This document shows, piece by piece, positions 50,533 through 61,606 of a stretch of 64,000 bases of DNA (positions are counted from its first letter, which is position 1; every line of letters starts with the position of its first letter). Where the stretch lies: NCBI GenBank assembly GCA_963763325.1, contig CAVXOL010000014.1, forward strand, positions 57,793 to 121,792, in the 5' to 3' direction. The notes under the pieces were generated by a model, which did not search any database, had not been told where the DNA came from, and saw only the letters and a program-made list of their open reading frames with translations. The position numbers were made by a program, and so were the translations under genes. This DNA comes from an uncultured Chloroflexia bacterium (GTDB lineage: Bacteria > Chloroflexota > Chloroflexia > Thermomicrobiales > CFX8).

Positions 50533-52998
50533 TTAGCCGATGATCGCAAACGAAAGCGCCTCGTCCAACGTCAATCCGCAGCCCTCGTCCCACAACTGCG
50601 AGAACGACGCATCGCCAAGAGATTCGCGGGCACGATCCAGCGCCGCATCGAGATCGGCGCGCTCGGGAGGATAGATGGCGGCCGTGTCATGATTGTGGGT
50701 GGTCGTCGCCGCGATCAGGTGGACTGCCTGCTCGTGACGATCAACGCGGCTCGCTAGCAGACCGGCGAAGTAGAGCAACGTCACGATCCCGGCCGTCGTG
50801 CCGCTCTGCTGGAAGAGGGCCAGACTCTCCGCGAGGTGGGCACGAGCCAGTTCGATGTCACCCTGGACACGGACGACATCGCCAAGCCGGGCGACGGCCC
50901 AGGGTAGATCGTAGCGGTCGTTTCCCTGCCGGTAGAGGGCCACACTTTCCTCCAGGAGCGTCCGCGTCAGATCGGCGTCACCCTCGAAGCGAGCCAGCAG
51001 CGCCAGATCGCCGAGCACCCAGGCAAGCGCCCGCCGGGAACCGAGTCGCCGCGACAGTTCAAGGCTCTCCTCCAGCATCTCCCTCGACCGTGGATAGTCA
51101 CCTTGAAAGCGAACGACGTTGCCCAACTCCCGCAGGCAGAGGGCCATCTCCCAGATGTCGCCTTCAGCGCGGAAGATGCTCAGGGCCTCCTCCAGCATCG
51201 CTGCGGAGGCATCATCGCGCGCCGTCCCGCGTGCCTGCGATCCAAGGTAGGTCAGGGCGAGGGCGATGCCGCGCCGGTCGTCGATTCGGCGGGCGATCAG
51301 GAGTGCTTCGCTCAACCGAGTGCGAGCCACCTCACCCTGGCCCACGTCGGTCAGGAGGACGCCCAGGCCGATCAGAGATCGGCCACGTGCGACGCTCGGC
51401 TCGGACGGCAAGGCCAGCAGCGACTCTAGCCAGCGACGCCCCTCGCTGTGATAGCCACGCACGCGCCAGAAGCGCCAGAGCGACCCAGCCAACCTCAGCC
51501 CGGCTTCAGGCGGACCAGCCAGTGACCAATCCAGCGCCAGCCGCAGGTTGTCATGCTCGACCTGCAGTTGGTCGAGCCAGTCCTCGTAGTCCGCCTGATG
51601 ATGGGCGGCTTCCGCCCGTGCCGCCAATGCCTGGTAATAGTCGTAGTGGCGGCGGCACAGTTGCGATTCCACGTTGGTCTCACGCAGTTGTTCTCGCGCG
51701 TACTCGCGGATCGTCTCAAGCATCGTCAGCCGTAGGTCGGTGGCGCCGGATCGTCCATCGTCCTGCCGCTGGAGAAGGCTCATATCGAGCAACGCCGCCA
51801 GTCCATGCAGGACGGAGAATCGCTCTCCATCGTCCGCGCAGATTGCCTCGGCTGCCTCGACCGTCCAGCCGCCAGCGAAGACCGAGAGCTTACGGAAGAG
51901 TGCCTGCTGATCGGGATCGAGCAGATCGTAGCTCCAGGCAATCGCGTCCCGCATCCCCTTCTGACGGGCGGGGAGATCATGGGCTCCACTGACCAGCATG
52001 TCGAGGCGGTGATCGAGTCGCGCCAGCAGAGCAACCGGAGACAGGACCGGTAACCAGGCGACTGCCAGCTCGATCGCCAGGGGAAGTCCATCCAGCCGGT
52101 GACAGATGGCCGCGATCGCTGAGGCCGTCGCCGGCTCCAGCGTCAGCTCCGACCCGACATCACGGGCGCGGTCAAGGAAGAGCGCGCCGGCCGCCGAACG
52201 CGCCAGCAAATCCGATGAGGCGTCCGCTACCGGCAGTTCCAATGGCATGACCCGAAACTCTCGCTCGCCACGCACGCGCAGCGCGACCCGGCTCGTCACA
52301 AGCATCACGAGCCGCGGCGATGTCTCAAGCAACAACAGCAGCCTGTCCCGGGCCGCGATTAGGTGTTCGGCGTTGTCAAGCACCAGCAGCAGTTGCTTCG
52401 ACTGAAGATAGGTACTCAGACGCGCAGGCAGTGAGGCCACGTCACGTTCGTCAACACCGAGCCGCTGTGCGATCGTCGAGAGCACCAGAGCGGGATCGCG
52501 AAGTGGGCTGAGATCGACGAAGACGACCCCGTCGTTGAAGTGATCCGTCGCACGCCCGGCCACCTCAATCGCTAGCCGCGTCTTGCCAACACCGCCGGTC
52601 CCTGTCAGGGTGATCAGTTGGACGTCGTCACGCCGCAGCAGTTCGTTGAGGTCAGCCAACTCGTCCGCCCGGCCGATCACCGGCGTCAACGGCCGGGGCA
52701 GGCTTTGGCGCGTGCTCGTGGCCGGGGTCGACACATGGATCGGACGCGCGGCTGCCAGCAGCGACGCGCGGCCTTCCGGCTCTACCTGAAGCGCGTCCGC
52801 CAGCAGCGACACTGTCGTCAGTCGTGGCTGCCGCGCCGGGTCGCGCTCCAGATCGCTGATCGCCTTTGCGCTCAGGCCGGTCCGTTCGGCGAGCGCCTCC
52901 TGCGTCAGACCGGCATTCAGCCGCAGACGCCTGAGCAGCGCCCCGAACGATCGAGCTTCGTCCTCTGACATACCGGCCGGCCTCTGGTCTGTATCCAC
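50533..52998 (-). CDS. XRE HTH-NB-ARC ATPase-TPR (STAND) transcriptional regulator
   Basis: 'FGALLRRLRLNAGLTQEALAER', 'LTGTGGVGKTRLA', 'LLVLDNAEH', 'VTSR', 'LDGLPLAIELA', 'MLETIREYA', TPR repeats; intact ORF. Confidence 0.95.
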   Translation of the reverse strand: MDTDQRPAGMSEDEARSFGALLRRLRLNAGLTQEALAERTGLSAKAISDLERDPARQPRLTTVSLLADALQVEPEGRASLLAAARPIHVSTPATSTRQSLPRPLTPVIGRADELADLNELLRRDDVQLITLTGTGGVGKTRLAIEVAGRATDHFNDGVVFVDLSPLRDPALVLSTIAQRLGVDERDVASLPARLSTYLQSKQLLLVLDNAEHLIAARDRLLLLLETSPRLVMLVTSRVALRVRGEREFRVMPLELPVADASSDLLARSAAGALFLDRARDVGSELTLEPATASAIAAICHRLDGLPLAIELAVAWLPVLSPVALLARLDHRLDMLVSGAHDLPARQKGMRDAIAWSYDLLDPDQQALFRKLSVFAGGWTVEAAEAICADDGERFSVLHGLAALLDMSLLQRQDDGRSGATDLRLTMLETIREYAREQLRETNVESQLCRRHYDYYQALAARAEAAHHQADYEDWLDQLQVEHDNLRLALDWSLAGPPEAGLRLAGSLWRFWRVRGYHSEGRRWLESLLALPSEPSVARGRSLIGLGVLLTDVGQGEVARTRLSEALLIARRIDDRRGIALALTYLGSQARGTARDDASAAMLEEALSIFRAEGDIWEMALCLRELGNVVRFQGDYPRSREMLEESLELSRRLGSRRALAWVLGDLALLARFEGDADLTRTLLEESVALYRQGNDRYDLPWAVARLGDVVRVQGDIELARAHLAESLALFQQSGTTAGIVTLLYFAGLLASRVDRHEQAVHLIAATTTHNHDTAAIYPPERADLDAALDRARESLGDASFSQLWDEGCGLTLDEALSFAIIG

Positions 52999-53249
52999 CG
53001 CCTGAGCGAATGCCCGTAACGAGCATCATACCGGCGCGGCGCTGTCGACGAAAGATCCAGTGAACGGGGAGTCTGCGTCCTGTTCCGGACTATCGACGGC
53101 CTCCACAATGGGCATTCGATGGCCACACACAGCACATATCGCTGGCGCGCGCGCTCAGCGGCAGCGCACAACACCGGCGCGAGCCGGCAGCGAAGAGACT
53201 GGCCAGCCGTCACTGGGATCAATCGTCTGAACCAAAGGGAGGAACGGCT

Positions 53250-56200
53250 ATGTCCACCGGCATACCAGCGCGTCTCCTCGGGATCCTGGGAATCCTCTCT
53301 CTACTTGCGGCGTTCATCGTCACCTCGCCAGCCACAAGTGCCAACCACACCGTGAACCTGACCGTCCGGATCACACGGATCGCGGATCTCGGCGGCGGCC
53401 TCGACGACAATCAGGCCGACCTCTACGTCGCCGTCGTCATCGATGGTGAGGTATTCACTTCGTTCAACAACATCGTCGATGATCTGGACACCAGGACGTT
53501 CAGCGGCGGGTCCGCTCCGACCTTCATGAAGGCCGTCCAGCTCACACGGAACGACGCACTCAAGCCGCTGATCCCGGTCCAGCTCACAGTCTGGGACAAC
53601 GACTCCTGTGACGAGCCATTCTGCACCGACCAGGTCATCGACGCCGAGAACGATGACAAGGGCGACGTCAACCCCGGCGGAAGCGAGGACGCCGACCTCT
53701 TCGTCGATCCGATGACTGGCGCCGTGTCCGGCGATGCCAGCACACCATCAGGGTGCATCAACGGCGGCATCGGCTCCGACAGCGCCGAAGTCTGCTGGCA
53801 GATCTCGACCGACGCGTCCGACACCGATGGCGATGGTCTCCTCAATGATTGGGAGACCAACGGCCTCGACACGAACGATGACGGAACCCCCGAGGTGAAC
53901 CTGCCAGCGATGGGAGCCGACCCAGACGTGCCGGACATCTTCCTCGAGCTCGACTTCAGCGCCGGCCGGGCTCCCGCTCGCGACGACATCCGCGCCATCA
54001 AGCGCGCCTTCTCCGCGGCCGGGATCAACGTCTGGTTCGACCTCGGTGGACTCGTTGATCCGACTGCCCGCGAGGGTCAACCCGAGGGCACCTGTATGGA
54101 TGGGATCGACAATAACGGCGACGGCCAGCGGGACGGCGCAGACACCGACTGCGACAACATCGATCCCCCAGGCACGATCGTCCGCTCAGGCGAGTTTCTC
54201 GAGACGAGCATCGAGGACTCGCCGGGCGGGAACTGCACCGACGGGATCGACAACGACGGCCTCAATGGCGCTGACGGCGCCGACCAGAGTTGCCTCGTCG
54301 GCGACTTCCTCGGCGGCCCCGCCAACTGGGGTGGCAACTTGGTGCCCGCGTTGAACAACTGCGGCGTCGACGCGGCCTTCTACCTGATCAAGAACGGCAA
54401 CACCCTGGTCCCGGGGAACTTCAACGCCAACCGGAGGATGGTCTTCCGCTACGCGATCAGCACCGTTCAGGACCAGGACATCGACGGCAATGGGCCGGAC
54501 ACCGGCTGTACGGCCGGCGGTCAGGGCGAGATCGGCGGCAACGACTTCATCGACTACAACAACGACGGCGGCACGATCATGCACGAGTTGGGGCACAACC
54601 TGTTCCTCGGGCATGGCGGCGCCAACAACGATGGCAGCAACTGCGACCCCAACCACGTCAGCGGTATGAACTACGACCTCCAATTCGGCATCCCGCGCAC
54701 CAACGGCGGCGTGATCCTCGACTACTCACCGCCCCGCATCAATGTCAACGGCTCGACGCGCGGCAACGCGCCGCTGGCCAATCTGGTCGAGAATTCGCTG
54801 GATGAGACCGTCATCCTCGACTGCGACTGACGGCAGCAATCGCTTCATCTTCACCAACATCAACCCCGTCACCAACACCGTTCAGAAGAACACGGTCAAC
54901 CTGAACGTCCGGCCGAACTGGAACGGCGACACCGACGCGGCCGGCAACCCGGACACGACCGACACCGGCGTCACGCAGAACATCAACGACGCTGGTCCGC
55001 CGAACGGCGCCGGAAATCGCAACCCGGCCGCGTGCGTCAACGGCCTCAACAATGAGACGCTGGGCGGTTTTGACGGCTGGGACTCGATCGTCATTCCGTT
55101 CCTGCAGTACGGCGACTCGCTCACCCAGAAGATCAACGCCGAGGAGAACAATCCGCCAACGATCGAAGACCGCAAAGCGATGTTCGAGGCGATCAACACT
55201 GCCGATGTCCGTGTCACGATCGCGGACAGCCCGGACCCGGTCGGCGCCGGCGAGCAACTGACCTACACGGTGACGGCGAATAACTTCGGCCCGAACCCGG
55301 CCACATCGGTTCAGGTGACGACGACGATTCCGACTGACGTGACGTTCGTCGACATCAGCGTCCCCTGCAACCGAACCGCGAACGTCTTCAGCTGCAACCT
55401 TGGTGAGCTCACGGCAGGCGCCAGCAGGAGCTTCACGATTCGGGCCGACGTGCCGGCCGACCTGGTCTACAACAACGGCGGGGCGAAGACGATCTCCGCC
55501 AGCACCAGCGTTGATAACCTGGCCGGACCGGATCCGAACACCGCCAACGACAGCGACAGCGAGTCCACGCTCGTCGTCTCCAAGGCGGACGTCAAGATCA
55601 CCGACATCACATCGACCTCACCGCTGGAGATCCTGATCGGCGAACCGGCCGACGCGACGATCGACATCACGGTCGAGAACGGCGGGCCATCGACGCCGGT
55701 CGACACGACGCTGACGGGCGTCGCGACACCTGATGCCGGCCTGACCGTCACCCCGGCCAGCGCAACCGACAATCAGACCGCGCTCGTCAAGGACACACCG
55801 CGAGACGTGACCCAGACGTTCAGCCTCAGCTGTACGGCGCCGGGGAACAAGACGGTCCAGTTCGACTACACGATCACCAACCAGGATCCGACAGCTATCG
55901 ATCCGGACCCGACCAACAACACGGCCAGCGTGTCGTTCACGGTAGACTGCGTCGTGCCGATCGCCATCAACGTCCGGCCGAAGGGGTTCCCGAACTCGAT
56001 CAACCTCAACACCGACGCGACGCTGGCAGCGTTGACGACGGCAGCGGGTGAGTACGGACTCCCGCTCGCCTTCGACGCAACGACGATCGACCCGCTCTCC
56101 GTCCGCTGGGGGCTGAAGACAAATCTCTTCAACGTCGGCACAGCCTTGGGAGCACGCGAGATCCACAACAAGGGGCACATCGAGCGCTCATATGAACTCG

Positions 56201-56370
56201 ACGAGAAGACCCGTGATGCCGACCTCGATATGGTGCTGCACTTCAAACCGTCCGCTAGCGGCCTGACGGTTGGGTCAACCGAGGCATGCCTCAAGGGTAG
56301 CTTCCGAGCCAGCGACGGCAACACCTACCGGTTCCTCGGCTGCGACTCCGTCCGGATCGTGCCGAGATGA
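53250..56370 (+). CDS. Large secreted modular zinc metalloprotease-like protein (one frameshift near 54825)
   Basis: Signal peptide; C2-like domain; Ca-binding 'DTDGDGLLNDWE'; two 'C.DGIDN.G...DGAD..C' repeats; 'MHELGHNLFLGH' plus 'SGMNY' Met-turn; DUF11 Ig domains ('DPVGAGEQLTYTVT..N.GP', 'DPDPTNN'); RBS GGGAGG. Confidence 0.8.
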
Positions 56371-56399
56371 TCGACAGATACTGACTCCTCCCACCTCCC

Positions 56400-56444
56400 G
56401 ATGGATCGGAATCAGATACGCCCCATGTCTGATTCCGATCCATC
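56400..56444 (+). terminator. Long hairpin (17 perfect bp plus 2) after the protease gene
   Basis: GATGGATCGGAATCAGATA-CGCCCCA-TGTCTGATTCCGATCCATC. Confidence 0.7.
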
Positions 56445-56496
56445 CAGGGAGCAACAGGAGCATGAAGTTCTCGCGCCAGGTATGAAAGGATTCCTC

Positions 56497-58201
56497 GTGT
56501 CACATCGCCGGATTCGACATCTGCTGCTGGTTGCGGTCCTCGTTCCTGCCATTCTGCTACCTGGTCTGACGGCGCAAGCAGTGACGGCCAACGAAGCATT
56601 TGACGCCGTTTGGTCGTCGACCGACTTGGCGGTCCAGAACGGCACCGCCAGCTACTCGTGGTTCTGGGGGCCGACTGCCCGCGCCCAGCGCTTCGAGCCG
56701 TACCTGAACAGCCCGGGCGGTCAGCGCGAGGTGCGCTACTACGACAAGAGCCGGATGGAGATCAACAACCCCGGCGGCGACCCCAACAACATCTACTACG
56801 TCACCAATGGGTTGCTGACGGTCGAGCTGGTAACCGGTAAGCTCAAGCGCGGTGATGGGCCGAACGACGTCGAACAGTACTCGCCCGCCACCCAGTACGT
56901 CGCCGGTGATCTCGCGAACAACCCCGGCACACCGACCTACGCGGCATTCGCCAACTACGTGACGACCGACGCCAAGACCAACCGCGCCACCAACCAGACC
57001 GGCCAGTCCGCCACTGCCTTCATGTCAGGCGCCGGCCAGGTCAGTTCGACCGACAGCCGTGGCGTGACGTTGGCCCACTACGTCGACATCACCGGACATA
57101 ACATCGCCAGTGTCTTCTGGACTTGGTTCAACAGCCCAACCAGCGGTTTCCGGCCAGACATCGGCATCGACTGGGTCTATACCGCCGGACTGCCGATCAG
57201 CGAGCCATACTGGATCGACTCGACCGTCGGTGGGAGCCCCAAGCGCGTCCTCGTCCAGCTCTTCGAGCGGCGCGTGCTGACCTACACCGACAGCAACAAC
57301 GATCCGTATCGGATCGAGTGGGGCAACATCGGCCTCCACTACCAGACCTGGCGCGATGCCGCCACCAGCCCGGCGCCATGCCCGGATTCACCAGCCGGAA
57401 CGTACCTCTACGTCTCCGATACGCTTAACGACCGCATCCAGAAGTTCGATGCGTCGGGCAATTTCGTCTGTCAGTGGTACGGCGATTATGACCTGGACGG
57501 CCCGACTGCCCGGCCGCAGGCGCTGGCCGTCGATAGCCTGAACAACCTCTACGTCAACGCCATCGGCCGGCTTGAGAAGTACGACCAGCGCGGGCGTTTC
57601 CTCGGTCACTGGGATGCCAGCATCTTCGCTTCGGACATGGCAATCGACAGCCAGGGCAACCTCTACTACACCGACGTCGCCAGCGCGAGTGTCAAGAAAT
57701 ATGGCCCAGGCCGGAAACTTCATCACCGAATGGGGTAGCCAGGGAGCCGGCGACGGTCAGTTCGATAGTCCGACGGGAATCACCGTCGACGCCCAGAACA
57801 ACGTCTATGTGGCTGACCGCAACAACAACCGCATTCAGAAGTTCACCGCAAGCGGCGACTATCTCGACCAATGGAATGCGGACGGCGAGGAAGCGGACCT
57901 CTGGGGGTTCCCATCCAGCGTCGCGGTCGATAATGTCGGCAACACCTACGCCACGTCAATCCGCATCTACAAATTTGGATCCGACGGAGGACTGCTCGAC
58001 ATCTTCGGTGACGTTGACGAGATCACTGGATCAGGCGATATCGTCGTCGCGTCGAACGGCTCAATCTACGCCGTTGACCTGAACAACGTCAAGATCAACC
58101 GGTTCGACAGCACCGGAACACTACTCGACGACTGGGGAACGTCCGGCTCCGGCCAGAGCCAGTTCAACAGCCCGAACGGCATCGCGGCATCATCTCGCTG
58201 A
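56497..58201 (+). CDS. Secreted protein: Chloroflexota-type surface domain plus NHL-repeat beta-propeller (frameshift near 57710)
   Basis: Signal peptide; 'SWFWGP..VRYYDKSRMEI..VTNGLL..TGHNI..GLPISEPYW..VQLFERRVLTYT..EWGNIGLHY'; NHL 'QFDSPTGITVDAQNNVYVADRNNNRIQKF'. Confidence 0.85.
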
Positions 58202-58231
58202 GACGATCGGGCAACATGCCAGCCGGGGCGA

Positions 58232-58882
58232 TCATGAGATCGTCCCGGCAATTCCTTCAATCTCCACGGACGGATGGACGACCGGCAGATACCCGGCGGC
58301 GATTGCCCCCACCGTCCCACGCGGCGTCAGGACCGTCACACTGCCACCCGACGGCCGAGCCTCGCGCCGGTCGTAGCCGCCCGGTGTCCAGTGATGCATC
58401 GACGAGTCCCAGAGCAGCCACGGTTCGTCGTCGCGAACGACGAAGACGCCGTTCGGCAGCGCGACGATGTCGTCGTCGAACGTCCTCCTGACGCCGCGGG
58501 GCTTCAGGCGATCCTCGTGCAGTCGCGCGTCGATCTGGTCAGCCGATGGCAATACTCCGGAGTGGTCGCCGTTGGCAGCCGCGAAGCAGCGGCGGAAGTG
58601 CTGATACGCCTGATAGCGGCACTCGGCGCAGGGGCGATGTCCTGCCGCCAGCGCCGTTGCCTCGTCGAGGAAGAAGAGTTCGGTGTAGCGGTTGGGCTGC
58701 ATCATCACCTCGCGATGTCGCCCACGAAACTCCAGCACACAGATGATCCAGCGCCGCACCTGATGAAAGCGCACGATCTCGCGCTGGTGGTTGTGCAGCA
58801 CCCCCCGGTTCCCGAACATCGTTCCACGCGCTTCGATGGCGATCAGATCGCCGAACGGCGTTACCCGGTTCTGCAACGGCAT
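58232..58882 (-). CDS. Conserved hypothetical protein with an Ada-like metal-binding motif
   Basis: 'MPLQNRVTPFG..GNRGVLH..WIICVLEF..YTELFFLDEATALAAGHRPCAECR'; RBS GGAGGTG; intact. Confidence 0.82.
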   Translation of the reverse strand: MPLQNRVTPFGDLIAIEARGTMFGNRGVLHNHQREIVRFHQVRRWIICVLEFRGRHREVMMQPNRYTELFFLDEATALAAGHRPCAECRYQAYQHFRRCFAAANGDHSGVLPSADQIDARLHEDRLKPRGVRRTFDDDIVALPNGVFVVRDDEPWLLWDSSMHHWTPGGYDRREARPSGGSVTVLTPRGTVGAIAAGYLPVVHPSVEIEGIAGTIS

Positions 58883-58919
58883 GACATCACCTCCCTGTGC
58901 TGACGAGAATACCGGTCGA

Positions 58920-58948
58920 TTGACGCATGCGCCAATCCGCTCTAGGAT
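58920..58948 (+). promoter_or_regulatory. Sigma70-like promoter for the serine hydrolase
   Basis: TTGACG-N17-TAGGAT. Confidence 0.55.
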
Positions 58949-58991
58949 GGCCGCTCAACCATCGTTGAATGGAAGCGAAAGAGAGGCACTG

Positions 58992-60365
58992 ATGGCCCAG
59001 CAGTCAACGACGGTGTTGCAGCAGCTCCACGACGAACTCGCAGGCCGAATCGCCGAAGCGGCCGAGAGGCTCCAGGTGCCGGGCGTTGTCGCCGGGATCC
59101 TGCTGGATGGCGCGGAGGACTACGTCGCCCACGGCGTCACCTCGATCGCGAACCCGCTGCCGGTCGATGAGACAACGCTCTTCCAGATCGGCTCGACAAC
59201 AAAGACCTACACAGGCACGGCCATCATGATGCTGGTTGAGCAGGGGAGGATCGACCTCAACGCGACCGTCCGCACCTACCTGCCCGATTTCAAGCTCAAG
59301 GACGAATCAGTCGCCGCCAACGTCACCGTCCTCCACCTGCTCAACCACACCGCCGGCTGGGGCGGCGACTTCGAGGTCGACACCGGCTACGGCGATGACG
59401 CGCTCGCGATGCTCGTTGCGCGGCTGGTCGAGGTCGAGCAGGAGTCACCGCTCGGGGAGCGCGTTTCCTACAACAACTCGGCGCTCTGCGTGGCTGGCCG
59501 CGTGATCGAGGTCGTCACTGGCAAGAGTTACGAGCAGGCCATCCGCGACCTGATCTACGAGCCGCTCGGGCTGACCGAGCACTTCTTCTTCCCATGGGAG
59601 ATCATGACGCGGCGCTTCGCGGCCGGTCACACGCTCATGCACGGTGAGCTCCAGGTCACGTCGTGGTACGAGCCACGCGGCGCTCACCCGCCCGGTGCCG
59701 AGCATGTCGCCTCGGTTCGCGATCAGCTCCGCTATGCCCGCTTCCACCTCGGCGACGGCGACGGCATCATGCGGCCCGAAACGCTCAAACAGATGCAGAC
59801 GCTGACGACGCCACAGGGCAGCGGCCAGCACGGCAGCATGTTCGGCATCAGCTGGATGTTGCATGAGATCGACGGCGTCAGGTTCGTCTCCCACGGCGGC
59901 TCGTGCCGGGGGCATATGTCCGCCTTCGAAATGGTCCCGGAACGCAACTTCGCGCTGGCCCTCAACACCAACGCCCGCCAGGGTCAGGAGTTGCTGACCG
60001 AACTGACCGCCTGGATCTTCGAGGCTTACCTTGGCGTGGCCGAGCAGATCCCCGATCCGTTGGCGCTCTCGGCCGAGGAGCTGGCCGAGTTCACCGGCAT
60101 CTACGACTCCCAGTCAGGCGCGCTGCATGTCTCGATCGAAGGCGACCACCTGCTCGGCAAGCTGGACATCAACCCGGAGATGGGAATCTCAGCCGAAGAG
60201 GCCGAGGCCACCGTCCCGCCGATCCCGTTCGTGATCCTGCCCAACAACCGCTTCCTGATCACCGAGGGGATGTACAAGAACCTCCAGGGCGCCATCATCC
60301 GCAACGACGCCGGACGCGTCACCGCGATCGACCTGGGACGGATCATGACCAAGCGAGAGGAGTGA
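58992..60365 (+). CDS. Serine hydrolase, beta-lactamase class C / PBP-like family
   Basis: SxxK 'FQIGSTTKT', 'LLNHTAG', YxN 'SYNN', 'HGG'; no signal peptide. Confidence 0.92.
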   Translation: MAQQSTTVLQQLHDELAGRIAEAAERLQVPGVVAGILLDGAEDYVAHGVTSIANPLPVDETTLFQIGSTTKTYTGTAIMMLVEQGRIDLNATVRTYLPDFKLKDESVAANVTVLHLLNHTAGWGGDFEVDTGYGDDALAMLVARLVEVEQESPLGERVSYNNSALCVAGRVIEVVTGKSYEQAIRDLIYEPLGLTEHFFFPWEIMTRRFAAGHTLMHGELQVTSWYEPRGAHPPGAEHVASVRDQLRYARFHLGDGDGIMRPETLKQMQTLTTPQGSGQHGSMFGISWMLHEIDGVRFVSHGGSCRGHMSAFEMVPERNFALALNTNARQGQELLTELTAWIFEAYLGVAEQIPDPLALSAEELAEFTGIYDSQSGALHVSIEGDHLLGKLDINPEMGISAEEAEATVPPIPFVILPNNRFLITEGMYKNLQGAIIRNDAGRVTAIDLGRIMTKREE

Positions 60366-60367
60366 CG

Positions 60368-60453
60368 GTCGGGAATCGGGAATCGGGGCTGGCTAACCGA
60401 GCACGCTGAGCACGAAAGCGGCTGTCGCGCAACCCCGATTCCCGATTCCCGAC
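60368..60453. repeat. Heptamer-repeat hairpin, perfect 21-bp arms, between convergent genes
   Basis: GTCGGGAATCGGGAATCGGGG (60368-60388) and CCCCGATTCCCGATTCCCGAC (60433-60453). Confidence 0.88.
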
Positions 60454-60456
60454 GCA

Positions 60457-61548
60457 TCACCCCCACACTTCCCGCGCCACCTCCGCTACCAGGCGCAGCT
60501 TGGCTGTCTGCTCGGTTTCGGTGAGGTGGTTGCCTTCTTCAGTTGAGGCGAATCCGCATTGCGGGGAGAGGGCGAGCCGATCGAGCGGGACGTACTGGCT
60601 GGCCTCCTGAATGCGCCGGGTGAGGGAATCCTTCGACTCCAGCGCCGGCTTCTTGGTCGTCACGAGACCCAGGACGACGGCCCGATCGTCGGGAACATGC
60701 TGGAGCGGCTCGAATCCGCCGGAGCGTTCGTCGTCATATTCCAGCAGGAAGGTGTCGAAGTTCGTGCGCTGGAAGACCTGCTCGGCAATCGGATCATAGC
60801 CGCCGCTGGCGTAGTACCTGGACTGGTTGTTGCCGCGACAGAGGTGGATGCCGAACGTGATGCCGGGATGGTCGCCGATGACGGCGTTGTCGAGCTCGAT
60901 GCAGCGGTCGAGTAGCTTGTCTGGGTCGTTGCCGCGCGTGCGGTAGCCCTCGCGGATCTCCGGGTCGAGCAGGGCGGCGTACTGCGGCGCGTCGAGTTGG
61001 ATATACGTACAGCCCAACCGGATCAACTCGGCGACCTCGGCCCGCAGGATATCGACGACATCTGCCAGATACGCCTCGATGTTCGGGTAGGCGCCCTTCG
61101 AGCGTTCCGGGTCGTAGTAGGCCGCTGCCTGCTGGGCGCTGATCAACGTCGATTTCGTCGGGTGGCCGGCCGCGCGAGCGCGCAGGTAGGAGAACTCCTC
61201 GGCGCAGAGGTGCCGCTTCTGCTTGAGCTTCTCGACAACGACAGGCCGCGGGAAGACGATCTCATTGCCCTCGTCGTCGTGGAACGGGATCGCCCAGCCG
61301 CCAAGCTTGTCGAACCCCTCGGTCGCGTCGATCAGATGCCCGAAGAACGCGTAGCGACGCAATTCCCCATCGGTGATGACATCGACACCGGCCTCAATCT
61401 GCATCGCGATCGCCGCATCGACCGCACGATCCTCGACCTCCTTGAAGGCCACATCGCTCAACTCGCCCGCCTCATGCTGCCGCCGCGCTTCCTTGAGATA
61501 CTCCGGCCTGAGCAGGCTCCCAACCACGTCTGCCCGATAGACCTGCAT
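60457..61548 (-). CDS. Cobalamin-independent methionine synthase II family protein (single-barrel MetE-like)
   Basis: 'RADVVGSLLRP', 'TDGELRR', 'IQLDAP', Zn ligands 'IHLCRGN', 'LEYD', 'LSPQCGFAS'. Confidence 0.92.
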   Translation of the reverse strand: MQVYRADVVGSLLRPEYLKEARRQHEAGELSDVAFKEVEDRAVDAAIAMQIEAGVDVITDGELRRYAFFGHLIDATEGFDKLGGWAIPFHDDEGNEIVFPRPVVVEKLKQKRHLCAEEFSYLRARAAGHPTKSTLISAQQAAAYYDPERSKGAYPNIEAYLADVVDILRAEVAELIRLGCTYIQLDAPQYAALLDPEIREGYRTRGNDPDKLLDRCIELDNAVIGDHPGITFGIHLCRGNNQSRYYASGGYDPIAEQVFQRTNFDTFLLEYDDERSGGFEPLQHVPDDRAVVLGLVTTKKPALESKDSLTRRIQEASQYVPLDRLALSPQCGFASTEEGNHLTETEQTAKLRLVAEVAREVWG

Positions 61549-61606
61549 CGTGTTCCCCCTGTCTCTTATCCGTCGTCATGATTGTATGGCAGGAACGGAT
61601 GTATCA

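Noticed and set aside
50245-50549. Short ORFs upstream of the FDH gene; possible Moco/Wco riboswitch
   Set aside because: No RBS or recognisable motifs, and no recognisable riboswitch consensus
54080-54295. Repeated GA[CT]GGGATCGACAA segments as possible CRISPR or DNA repeats
   Set aside because: They encode two in-frame Cys/Asp protein repeats; there are no regular spacers or cas genes
58992-60365. Beta-lactam resistance gene
   Set aside because: Cytoplasmic serine hydrolase of the broad class C-like family; motifs alone do not support beta-lactamase activity
61563-61600. CTCTTATC upstream of the MetE-like gene as a SAM-I riboswitch start
   Set aside because: Wrong strand for the gene and the rest of the S-box consensus is missing
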